From Thermoproteota archaeon (GTDB lineage: Archaea; Thermoproteota; EX4484-205; JAAOZP01), in the NCBI GenBank assembly GCA_038848185.1, contig JAWCNV010000013.1, positions 1-56,356 of the forward strand: a stretch of 56,356 nt of DNA, given 5' to 3'. The notes under the pieces were generated by a model. It was given only the letters and a program-made list of their open reading frames with translations, did not search any database and was not told the origin of the DNA. Made by a program: the position numbers and the translations under genes. Shown here piece after piece: positions 19,594-28,564 of this stretch; position 1 is the first letter of the stretch; every line of letters starts with the position of its first letter.

Positions 19594-20472
19594 ATGTTAG
19601 GAGGAACATCTGATAAAGAGATTGGAAATAGGGTTCTGGCTTTCCAGCAGAATGAGTTGACTGAATACCTGTTCTACAAAGCCCTATCTAAAAGAGCTAA
19701 AGGCAAGAATTCAGAGCTTTTAAGAAAGATATCAGAGGACGAGCTTCGCCACTACGGTGAATGGAAAACATGCAGTGGAGTAGATGTGCCTCCGAAAAGG
19801 CTTATGCTTCTGAAATACCTGCTTATCTCAAGAATATTCGGCTTTACTTTCGCAATAAAGCTCATGGAGAAGGGGGAGGAGAAGGCTGAGAAATCATATT
19901 CTCAAGTATCCAGAATCTTTCCGAAGGCAGAGGAGATAATGCGTGACGAAAAGGAGCATGAAGATATTCTCGTAAGCATGATCGATGAGGAGAGAGTGAA
20001 GTATGTTGGATCACTGGTTCTAGGCATTAACGATGCACTCGTCGAACTGAGCGGAGCACTCGTCGGCCTAGCTTTAACGCTTCAAAACAACAAGCTTGTA
20101 GGTGTAGCAGGATTGATAACTGGTGTTGCTGCAACCCTTTCAATGTCCGCCTCAGAATACCTGTCCCAAAAGGCGGAGAAAAGTGGGATAATCCCCTTGA
20201 AAGCAGCATCTTACACCGGCATCGCCTACATGCTAACAGTAATCCTGTTAACAATGCCATACTTGACTCTGCCCGACTATCAGACTGCTCTCCTAGTAAT
20301 GTTGACGAGCGTAATCCTAGTAATCCTCGTATTCACGTTCTTCATCTCAATAGTTAAAGATGTTCCATTCAAGAGAATTTCTCTGGAGATGCTGTTGATA
20401 ACCCTTGGGGTTGCGGCAGTATCCTTCATCATCGGATGGTTTGCAAGAAGCGTTTTCAACGTAGAAGTCTAA
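19594..20472 (+). CDS. VIT1/CCC1 transporter with N-terminal ferritin/rubrerythrin-like domain (MbfA-like)
   Basis: DELRH and DEKEH di-iron motifs; VLGINDALVE, SMSASEYLS; C-terminal TMs. Confidence 0.9.
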   Translation: MLGGTSDKEIGNRVLAFQQNELTEYLFYKALSKRAKGKNSELLRKISEDELRHYGEWKTCSGVDVPPKRLMLLKYLLISRIFGFTFAIKLMEKGEEKAEKSYSQVSRIFPKAEEIMRDEKEHEDILVSMIDEERVKYVGSLVLGINDALVELSGALVGLALTLQNNKLVGVAGLITGVAATLSMSASEYLSQKAEKSGIIPLKAASYTGIAYMLTVILLTMPYLTLPDYQTALLVMLTSVILVILVFTFFISIVKDVPFKRISLEMLLITLGVAAVSFIIGWFARSVFNVEV

Positions 20473-20507
20473 AGCTTTTAGAAAGCCTTACATGTTGCTA
20501 TAGAGAG

Positions 20508-21134
20508 ATGCTGATTAAGAGGTTCGTAGTGGGCCCCCTCGAGACTAATTGTTACCTTGTTGCCTGTCAGGAAACACTTGACGCCATATTAATCGACGCC
20601 GGATTTTCTGAAGAATCGGATGCCTTAAGCATTCTTAAAGAGATAGAAGTGAACAGTCTTAATGTTAACTGTGTTTTGAGCACTCATTGGCATCCTGACC
20701 ATACTTCGGGGAACGAATATGTTAGGAGGAAGCTTGGAGCGTCAATCCTCATCCATAAGGATGATGCTCAAATGCTTAATACAGAGGGTTTTTTACTAGG
20801 TTTCAGAGTGAAACCGCATAAGCCTGATAGAACCTTGGCAGAGAGGGATTTCATAAGTGTTGGAAGAACACGTCTTAAAGTTGTTCATACACCGGGCCAC
20901 ACTGAGGGAAGCATATGCTTGCTGGGAGAGGGATTCGTCTTCACTGGAGATACACTTTTCGCAGGATCTATCGGGAGGACTGATCTTCCCGGCGGGTCTT
21001 TTGAGGAAATAATCAGTTCTATAAGAACCAAGTTAATTGTGCTTCCTGACGAGACCTTGGTTTATCCTGGCCACGGATCGCCTTCAAGCATTGGCAGAGA
21101 AAGGAGAACCAATCTTTTCCTGCGTAGTCTTTAG
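20508..21134 (+). CDS. MBL-fold metallo-hydrolase (glyoxalase II/YcbL-like)
   Basis: THWHPDH, HTPGHT, TGDTLF, YPGHG; start moved to ATG 20508 (MLIKRFVVGPLETNCY) to remove the overlap with the upstream gene. Confidence 0.92.
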   Translation: MLIKRFVVGPLETNCYLVACQETLDAILIDAGFSEESDALSILKEIEVNSLNVNCVLSTHWHPDHTSGNEYVRRKLGASILIHKDDAQMLNTEGFLLGFRVKPHKPDRTLAERDFISVGRTRLKVVHTPGHTEGSICLLGEGFVFTGDTLFAGSIGRTDLPGGSFEEIISSIRTKLIVLPDETLVYPGHGSPSSIGRERRTNLFLRSL

Positions 21135-21546
21135 TTGAATCGCTCTCGCCAATATATCGTAATTCTGCAGTGTCGAGTTTTTCGATGCCACTGTACCATT
21201 GGTTTTTGTCCATATAGTAACTGTTCTAATGCACAAATTACCAGAGAAATAGCAAGTTAACTAAACCTGAACTCGTCTTGCGAAGAGCTTAGTATTCTTT
21301 AAGTTTCTCTGGGCGCGTTGCAGAATTAAGTTTCTCTCACTTGGATTAGTCCAATAAGCTTTAATGAAGCCTCGGGAAAACGACGGAAAGAACAGTAGCA
21401 ATGTTCACCCTAGTTACACCACCAATCTTAATAGCATCTAGGAGTGTACCTCCATCCTTAAGAAGAATTATGCCTTTTCTATACTTTATAAAAACTTTCC
21501 TTCAAAAGAGGTTATAAAGCCTAGTTTCTTTCACCCTTAAACGAAA

Positions 21547-22623
21547 TCAAGTCAAGTATTTAGCAATATACTTCTTATTCCCATACTCCTCAATTAGGTT
21601 TCTATCGATTGGATATTGGCCATACTTCTTCGTCAATTTCACCATGAGAAGGTAGTTCGAAGGTTTAACTGCTGGATGAATGCTGTTGCTTGAAGCCATT
21701 ATATGGCCTCCCCCTGGAGAAGCTTTTGCAATAGTCTCCTTAACTGCTTCCTCGACTTCCATCTCACTACCTAAAGGGAGAACATAAGAGCAATCGACAT
21801 TACCTATAACAGCTATTCTTCTCCCATACTTTTCCTTTATTTCTCCTATGTCCATCCCTGCGATAGGCTCTATTGGATCAAGGGCATCTATCCCGGAGTT
21901 GACGATCATATCCAGAACAGGCAGAAGGTTCCCGTCAGTATGTTTTATGAATGGAGCTCCAAGCTTCTTAGCAGTTTGAATGGCCTTTTTCAAGTAGGGC
22001 AAGACGAACTCCTCAAACTGTTTTACGGACATCAGCGGCCCTTTCCTATTAGCATAATCGTCTCCAGTTAAAACTACATCCGCCCCAATCTTGACAGCTC
22101 TCTCGATAACTCTACATTTATATTGAGAAATAATCTCACTCAGCCTGTGAACAAAATCTTTATTTCTGTAGTAATGCAAGAAAAGGCTCTCTAAACCGCC
22201 AACCAAATAGTGAGAAAACTCAAATGCCTCATGGCCTAAAAAAACTATTGCTTTTTCTCCCTTAAACCTATCAACATAATATTCAAGCGTTTTAAGCCTC
22301 CAACTCGCATCTGGATCTGGAGGAGAGTACTCTTCCAAATCCCTTTTTTCTCTCAGAGGACCTTTAACAGGATAGTTTACCCCTGCAGAAATAGTCTTCC
22401 ATTTTATTCCCCATTCATCCATTAAATATTCTCCGTTTTTCTCAAACTTTTGATCTTCAAACACTGTTATTCCATCTAATTCCGCCCACTCAACAAAATC
22501 AACGTAGCTCTTACCGGGAAGCAGGCTTTCTATAACAGGCTCATTTATTATCAATTCCCATATAGGAACCCTATCGGGCTGCTCCTTGGCTAAAGCTTTT
22601 AGGAATCTTGTCCTAGAATTCAT
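21547..22623 (-). CDS. Uroporphyrinogen decarboxylase-like / MtaA-CmuA superfamily protein
   Basis: MNSRTRF...PDRVP, DEWGI, GDDYA, KHTDGN, GNVDC, PGGGHI. Confidence 0.85.
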   Translation of the reverse strand: MNSRTRFLKALAKEQPDRVPIWELIINEPVIESLLPGKSYVDFVEWAELDGITVFEDQKFEKNGEYLMDEWGIKWKTISAGVNYPVKGPLREKRDLEEYSPPDPDASWRLKTLEYYVDRFKGEKAIVFLGHEAFEFSHYLVGGLESLFLHYYRNKDFVHRLSEIISQYKCRVIERAVKIGADVVLTGDDYANRKGPLMSVKQFEEFVLPYLKKAIQTAKKLGAPFIKHTDGNLLPVLDMIVNSGIDALDPIEPIAGMDIGEIKEKYGRRIAVIGNVDCSYVLPLGSEMEVEEAVKETIAKASPGGGHIMASSNSIHPAVKPSNYLLMVKLTKKYGQYPIDRNLIEEYGNKKYIAKYLT

Positions 22624-22737
22624 GATAAACTTTTTCTACATCAAGTGGTTTATAAGGCTTTCAAGATGTTTCCATCATTCTTTTTCACCCTTTCAAGGCG
22701 ATGAACCGGATATAAAACATGTTTCGATTGACTTGAT

Positions 22738-23787
22738 TTAGCGTAGAGTCGCTCTATACTTATCCGCAGCCTCATACAGCGATATTATGTTTTCGATCGG
22801 TGTATTTCTAAGAATTGTGTGGCTCGGTCTTAAAGTGTACCCAGTTGGTCCAAGAACTTCAATGGCTTCTCTTACTTCTTTTTCAACCTCTGTTCTATTT
22901 TTGAATGGAAGCGTTTGTACTCCTATCCCGCCTTCAAAGCTCAACATATCACCAAATTTTTCCTTTATTTTTCTTATGTCCATGCTCTCCGGCTGAATGG
23001 GTTCTAGAACATCTACACCTATTTCAATCAAGTCCTGAACTATTGGTTCTATCCAGCCGTCACTGTGAAAATGAAAAAAAGCGCCCCCCTTATGTATCAT
23101 GTCAGAAAGCCTCTCATATCTTGGTTTCAAGAATCCTCTCCACTGGGCGGGGGAAATTAGCATGGTTGTTTGCGCTCCGACATCATCACCATTGTAAACT
23201 TGGTCTACACCTGCTTCAGTAAGAAGCTTCGCCTGCTTACAAGATATTTCGAAAAGCCGGTCTAGAACGAACTCTACTTTTTTAGGCTCCTTGACCATCA
23301 GCTTAAAAATCTCGTTGTATCCGAAGAGTGCACAAGCCGTTTCAAAAGCCTGTAACGAAAAACCTACTACGCAATAGTTCTCGTATCTTTTTCTAAACTT
23401 TTCAACTTTCTCAAAATCCTCTTCCCTTACTTCAGGAAAAGGATAGTCTTCCACCTCAATATGCTTCAAAGGATGATCAATGTAAAAATTCGTTAACCCG
23501 TCTCTGGAAACCATTGAGACAACACCCCAATGATTTCTGTGAAGTACCCTATCTTGAGGGTCTCTAAATGTTTCCTCCTTAAAGCCCCCTTTCAAATCAA
23601 TACTCGTACTACGATAATCTATTTTGAAAAACTCGTATAGTTTCTCGGTACTGTTCAAATTAAGAGAGTTCAACAGGCTGTTCAGAGGCTCTGGAGAGTC
23701 TATCCAAATGTTGATAGGAATAAGGTCAACTTCCTCCCTTTTCACAGCTCTGAAACACCTTTCTCTCGAATTGTATCTCGCTTGCAT
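22738..23787 (-). CDS. Uroporphyrinogen decarboxylase-like / MtaA-CmuA superfamily protein (second copy)
   Basis: SRERC...VDLIP, GDDVG, HFHSDG, LEPIQPESMD, TPIENI. Confidence 0.85.
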   Translation of the reverse strand: MQARYNSRERCFRAVKREEVDLIPINIWIDSPEPLNSLLNSLNLNSTEKLYEFFKIDYRSTSIDLKGGFKEETFRDPQDRVLHRNHWGVVSMVSRDGLTNFYIDHPLKHIEVEDYPFPEVREEDFEKVEKFRKRYENYCVVGFSLQAFETACALFGYNEIFKLMVKEPKKVEFVLDRLFEISCKQAKLLTEAGVDQVYNGDDVGAQTTMLISPAQWRGFLKPRYERLSDMIHKGGAFFHFHSDGWIEPIVQDLIEIGVDVLEPIQPESMDIRKIKEKFGDMLSFEGGIGVQTLPFKNRTEVEKEVREAIEVLGPTGYTLRPSHTILRNTPIENIISLYEAADKYRATLR

Positions 23788-23921
23788 CCTCTCGCTTAGA
23801 AGTAGTATTTGATTTAAATTTTTTACCAGCGATGACTGAGGCTTTATGCGTCACCTGAATAAGATGCCAGATTTACTACTGATTCGTTCTTCACGATTAC
23901 ATTTGACGCGGAGAAACCTCT

Positions 23922-24947
23922 TCACCAGACTAGCGGGATTTGAAACCCACATTTAGGGCACTTTCCTCCAGACGTTACCCTATTGCTTAAAACATTAAAA
24001 CCTAGACGTTGAATCAGCAGTTCGCTGCATGCAGGACACCAAGTGTTCTCGTATCTGTGCCCCGGAACGTTTCCAACATACGGGAATAACACGCCTAGGG
24101 ATCGGGCGAGTTCCCTTGCTTTCTCAAGGGTTTTAACTGGCGTAGATGGTGCGTTAAATTTATACTCCGGATGGTAACGGGTGAAGTGGAGCGGCGTATC
24201 AGACCCGAGTTCCTTAATATGTTTCTCCACCAGCTGTTTAAGGCAATCTTCATCATCATTAACTCCCGGGATAACTAGGTTAACTATCTCAACATGTAGA
24301 CCAAGCTCCTTAGCCCTATGAGCGTTCCTCCATACAACTTCCTCCCTAACTCCGCCGCAATACTTCTCGTAAACCTCCTCATCCCCCTTGACATCAAACT
24401 TTATGGCGTCTAAGCCAGACTCCGCCAAGGCATCTAAAACCTTCATCGTCATATAACCGTTTGAAACATAGGTATTGTAAAGCCCCTTCTTCTTAGCTAG
24501 GGGAAACAAGTCGAGACTATATTCTAAGAGAAGAGTTGGCTCGTTAAAAGATATGGATGTACCGTCGCAACCATGGTTTAAAGCAATCTCCACGAATCTT
24601 TCTGGCCTAATATAGTTAGCTTTCCTGGGATCAGGCGGGGTCTTAGAAATCTCGAAGTTTTGGCACCAAAGACAGGTGAAGTTACAGCTCCAAGTGCCTG
24701 CAGTCAATGCAAGGGTTCCAGGGTGGAAGTGGAAGAAAGGTTTCTTTTCTATGGGGTTCGCCGAAATCGATGAGATATCACCGTAGACAAGAGTGTAAAG
24801 CTTACTGTTTATATTCACCCTGGTTTTGCAGAAGCCTTTTAGGCCACTCCAGATTCTACACCTCCGCTCGCAAGTCATACAAACTACTTCACCTGATTCA
24901 GAAGCTTCGTAAAACAGTGCTTCCTTAACCGTAGGTAAACCTATCAA
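23922..24947 (-). CDS. amrS: AmmeMemoRadiSam system radical SAM enzyme
   Basis: N-terminal CxxC...C...C, PIEKKPFFHFHPG, CNFTCLWCQN, NEPT, YVGNVPG, C-terminal CPAC/CPKC zinc ribbon. Confidence 0.92.
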   Translation of the reverse strand: MIGLPTVKEALFYEASESGEVVCMTCERRCRIWSGLKGFCKTRVNINSKLYTLVYGDISSISANPIEKKPFFHFHPGTLALTAGTWSCNFTCLWCQNFEISKTPPDPRKANYIRPERFVEIALNHGCDGTSISFNEPTLLLEYSLDLFPLAKKKGLYNTYVSNGYMTMKVLDALAESGLDAIKFDVKGDEEVYEKYCGGVREEVVWRNAHRAKELGLHVEIVNLVIPGVNDDEDCLKQLVEKHIKELGSDTPLHFTRYHPEYKFNAPSTPVKTLEKARELARSLGVLFPYVGNVPGHRYENTWCPACSELLIQRLGFNVLSNRVTSGGKCPKCGFQIPLVW

Positions 24948-25137
24948 CCTAGAATCTTATTGTTATGTGGTAGATGAATCTTTTTTGTTTTACGTTTTCA
25001 ACTTCAATTAAGGACATGTGGTATAATTATGGTTTACCTACAAGATTGTGTTTGAGTAGACGTATGGTAAAAACGTTAATTTTGCTTTTGAGACGAAAGA
25101 GTTATAAAAAAGCGATTACTATTTAAATAGGAGAAAA

Positions 25138-25526
25138 ATGGCAGAAAAACCTACGGTTGCTTTTGTACTCTCTTTGGTTGGAGCAATTTTGGTCATCATC
25201 AATGGGCTGATAATTGCAGTGTTAATTTCTGTATTAGGAGCATGGGCAAGCTTGTTAGTACCTGGCGTTGGAGGCTTAGTTATAATTATTGGATAGGTTC
25301 AATTGTGATAGGGATACTGATGCTTATAGGTGCACTTATGATTAACTCAACAAGTAAAAGCAGAGTGACGATGGGGTCAATACTTGTCATAATATTCTCA
25401 ATAATTGCCGTTTTCATCGGAGGCGGTTTCTACTACATAGGAACCATACTAGGAATAATTGGCGGTATACTCGGTCTGATTTGGAAACCTTCTGCAGCAA
25501 TACCTCCACCACCCCCTCCTTACTAG
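25138..25526 (+). pseudogene. Frameshifted 4-TM membrane protein with PPPPPPY tail (1-nt deletion or assembly error at ~25293)
   Basis: ATG 25138 gives MAEKPTVAFVLSLVGAILV...GGLVIIIG-TAG(25294); a shifted frame continues seamlessly IGSIVIGILMLIG...IWKPSAAIPPPPPPY; GGAG upstream of 25138. Confidence 0.8.
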
Positions 25527-25663
25527 AATCTAAAATCCACCTCTCTTTTTTCTGTTCTCAAGTTAACTATAACTAGTTCAGGATTTAAAGCATAGAAAAA
25601 CATTTCCAATATCTTAAAAGAGAGGTACAGGGAAAAATCGGTTTTTAAAAGCTACAAACAGAC

Positions 25664-26170
25664 TCAGAAACCCATTAAAGATTCAACTTTTTTCCTAAGA
25701 GGTTTAAGTTCAACGTTCCCAAGCATATTGAATATTTGCTTCCTAGTTTCCTCCTCTATTCTAGTAGCATCATACCCTATTCTTAAGTATCTTCTTGCCT
25801 GAATATTTGTAGAAAGAAGGTCGCACAGCTTCGCCACCTTGGCTTCCCTCGTTTTTTCCTCCGAGAATTCTGAAAACAGCTTTGGAATACCCTCAGACTC
25901 TATCTCCATCGCAGCTTCAATATCGATCCTGGTCATCCTTGAGGAGGTCCACTTGGGGATATCGCCCATCACCGCCTCGGGTAAATCATGGATGAGTGCT
26001 AGCACAGCAGCCTTCTCAGGATCAGCTTCTACAACAGAGGCTAATTCTAGAGCTAGCACAGCGGCTTCAAAAGAGTGGCTTGCTACAGTCTCGGCATCTG
26101 GTACACCTAGCTGCATCCAACCAGTCCGCCTAAGGCATTTTACAGCATTTATCGCATCCAATATACTCAT
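25664..26170 (-). CDS. HD-domain hydrolase (YfbR/HDDC2-like 5'-deoxynucleotidase)
   Basis: RRTGW, ETVASHS, IHDLPEA..GDI, CDLL. Confidence 0.9.
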   Translation of the reverse strand: MSILDAINAVKCLRRTGWMQLGVPDAETVASHSFEAAVLALELASVVEADPEKAAVLALIHDLPEAVMGDIPKWTSSRMTRIDIEAAMEIESEGIPKLFSEFSEEKTREAKVAKLCDLLSTNIQARRYLRIGYDATRIEEETRKQIFNMLGNVELKPLRKKVESLMGF

Positions 26171-26221
26171 GAACCGTGTCCGTATGCCTTATAGAAAAAC
26201 TTAACCATCCGGATAATGCTT

Positions 26222-27877
26222 CTACCTTATTTTGGCGTCGATGCGACCAGCTGCACCCCAGAATCTTTCAACGATCCTCTCGAGACCATGAGGTTTACGC
26301 TCAGAAAGCCATAGCTTGCAATACTTGTTTGAAAGAGATATGAAGTCAGATGGTTTAGCTTCATTATTCAACCTTCTCAACCCGGCTTCAACACAACTCC
26401 CTATAAATTCAAGATCTTCAGGAAGATTTACCATGCGGATTTCCTTAAGAAGTCTCCCCCACGAGGCTTTCAGCGATTCCTTGTCTTCTTTTGACATTCT
26501 ATGATACCAGAAGTCTGCAAACAACACGTGTTTCAACATTTCTGAAACATCAGGTTGCCCAAATGCCTTTCTAACCTCAACTACTTCCTTAGATTCGCCC
26601 GTCAAAACATGCCATTTATCCTCCCACTCGCCGTTTCCCTCCGCATACTCCATACAGGCAAGCATCAATGGCTCCAGAAACGAGAAGAGACATTCCTCAC
26701 CGTCATCACCCCAAGCCGTCAATAGGAAGCCTGAAAGACCCTCGGCCCTAGCTGCTAACGTGAAGCCCCTCATGTTCTCCAAAGCTGTTTTAAAGTTCGG
26801 ATAATACTTGTTCCAGTTTGAGAGGCCGGGACATGCAACCTGCTGGCTTTTTCTCTCTCCGAAGAGTTTTATCTTTTCTCTGAAATAAGTCTCATCTCCC
26901 GAGCTGTAGTCCCAATTTGCGATCACTACATCCTGCCATATTGGGCTTTTAACAACCTCGGACCATTTAGATTTTTCATCCTCTCTCAGATACATTCCAG
27001 TAAGCATATCGCCCCAAAGGATTGGAGTCTTACCCTTCTCCTTCACGATGTTAATCATGTTTCTATGATGAGTCTCATAAAGCATTGGTCCTTCGAACCT
27101 CCAAGTTTTATCTAGGCTTCTTCCCCTTCCCATTGCCCAGGTCTCATCCCCACCTATATGGATATGTTTCGAAGGAGAGGTTTCAAGTGCTTCTCTAAGT
27201 AGGCTGTATACGAATTCTCTGGCTTCCTCATTACTTACGTCGAGACATCCCTCGCTTGGATTATGCCATTCGCTGAAGCCCCAATACTCTGGTAGTGATA
27301 ATATGTGCTCCATATGGCCAGCCAGTTCTAGAGATGGGAAAACCTCTATTCCAAGCTTACACCCATATTCCACTATCTCAAGATACTCGTCTTTCGAAAG
27401 CCTACCTCTGTGAACACCTATGTCCGGATACTTGTCCCATGGAAAAAGGTCTTCGAAATAGATTGCGAAATAATTATATTTGAGGAGAAATAACCATCTT
27501 AAAATCTTTTTAAAAGTTTCTACGGTAGGAACCCCTCCGCGTGCAATATCAAGATGATAGCCTCTAAACGAGAATTTAAGCTCCTCTTCCACTTTAACCT
27601 CAGGAATGTAGCCAGCCCTTTGTTTAAGAAGCTGAATAATTGTGGCATAGCAATTTTTTTCATCACCCCAAATAACCACCTCTTTACTCTCCCCCTTCAC
27701 TTCAACGCCATTCCCATCAGTCTCAGATTCAACTATCTTCCATGAACCTCGGGGAATGCGAAACTCCTTGTTCAGGAACTCAGGAAGGTCTAGCCCATCA
27801 AACTCAAACCATTTTCCAGAAAATGTTAACCTTTTTGGCTCAGGAACTATTTTAACATTTTTCTCAACATGGCCCAT
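26222..27877 (-). CDS. Glycoside hydrolase family 20 (beta-N-acetylhexosaminidase-like), no signal peptide
   Basis: FRGYHLDIARG, GHME, HIHIGGDET catalytic DE pair, WGDM, TAWGD. Confidence 0.9.
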   Translation of the reverse strand: MGHVEKNVKIVPEPKRLTFSGKWFEFDGLDLPEFLNKEFRIPRGSWKIVESETDGNGVEVKGESKEVVIWGDEKNCYATIIQLLKQRAGYIPEVKVEEELKFSFRGYHLDIARGGVPTVETFKKILRWLFLLKYNYFAIYFEDLFPWDKYPDIGVHRGRLSKDEYLEIVEYGCKLGIEVFPSLELAGHMEHILSLPEYWGFSEWHNPSEGCLDVSNEEAREFVYSLLREALETSPSKHIHIGGDETWAMGRGRSLDKTWRFEGPMLYETHHRNMINIVKEKGKTPILWGDMLTGMYLREDEKSKWSEVVKSPIWQDVVIANWDYSSGDETYFREKIKLFGERKSQQVACPGLSNWNKYYPNFKTALENMRGFTLAARAEGLSGFLLTAWGDDGEECLFSFLEPLMLACMEYAEGNGEWEDKWHVLTGESKEVVEVRKAFGQPDVSEMLKHVLFADFWYHRMSKEDKESLKASWGRLLKEIRMVNLPEDLEFIGSCVEAGLRRLNNEAKPSDFISLSNKYCKLWLSERKPHGLERIVERFWGAAGRIDAKIR

Positions 27878-27938
27878 GCTTTTATTCGGTTTCGGTTAAA
27901 ACATATAAAGTTTAGCACCATTAGGAAGAAGGTAGGGA

Positions 27939-28442
27939 TTGTCGATCAATAAGGAGTTCAATAAAATACTGGTTCTCGTCTTAACTATAGTTATCATCTT
28001 ACTATTTACACTCCTTTTAATAGGAACAGGGCCGGTTCGTCACCGCGGTCCTTGGAGGCTTTTCCCCGTTGATGTAGCACACTGGTTTGGATGGGTCGGC
28101 GGGATCCTGCTCCTAGTCTCGGCAACATATTCAGCTCTTAAAAGAGGCTTCCCGAAAAGTATCAAACTATGGTTGAGCGTTCACTGTATCCCCGGCATTA
28201 TCTCGCTCTTAATGACGGGCATCCATTTGATTAACAGGGTGTTTTTCGCAAGACCAGAGCATTTCCTGAGTTTTTTCACTTTCGGACTTATGGTCGTGAT
28301 AGTTGTAGGCGGAATCTTGGGAAGGTATGTGAATAAGTCAAGGGTAATTAGGGATTATTGGAAAACCCTTCACATACCCTTAACAGCAATATTCTACTTG
28401 ACGCTAAGCATACACGTGCTCACTAAAACGGGTATACTGTAA
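27939..28442 (+). CDS. Membrane protein with paired TM histidines (cytochrome b / ferric-reductase-like)
   Basis: About 5 TMs; HWFGW, WLSVH...GIH, WKTLH...SIH. Confidence 0.6.
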   Translation: MSINKEFNKILVLVLTIVIILLFTLLLIGTGPVRHRGPWRLFPVDVAHWFGWVGGILLLVSATYSALKRGFPKSIKLWLSVHCIPGIISLLMTGIHLINRVFFARPEHFLSFFTFGLMVVIVVGGILGRYVNKSRVIRDYWKTLHIPLTAIFYLTLSIHVLTKTGIL

Positions 28443-28564
28443 TCTTTATTCTCACTCCTTCGTTTCTCCGTCATCATCCTGTCAAGAAACATTTCCGATT
28501 TTTATAACCAGCAACTTAAAATTCGAGAGATATTTATATAACCCGGCTATAGGCTTATTCAGGA

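Noticed and set aside
20436-20507. N-terminal extension of the MBL hydrolase
   Set aside because: It overlaps the upstream gene; family-like sequence begins at ATG 20508
21135-21546. About 400-bp gap with a short minus-strand frame (RKVFIKYRKGIILLKDGGTLLDAIKIGG...)
   Set aside because: No start codon or recognisable family, and no repeats or RNA structure that I could support; it may be a decayed gene, and BLASTx would decide
25294-25296. TAG as a possible pyrrolysine or readthrough codon
   Set aside because: The same frame hits TGA four codons later; the continuation is in another frame, so this is a frameshift
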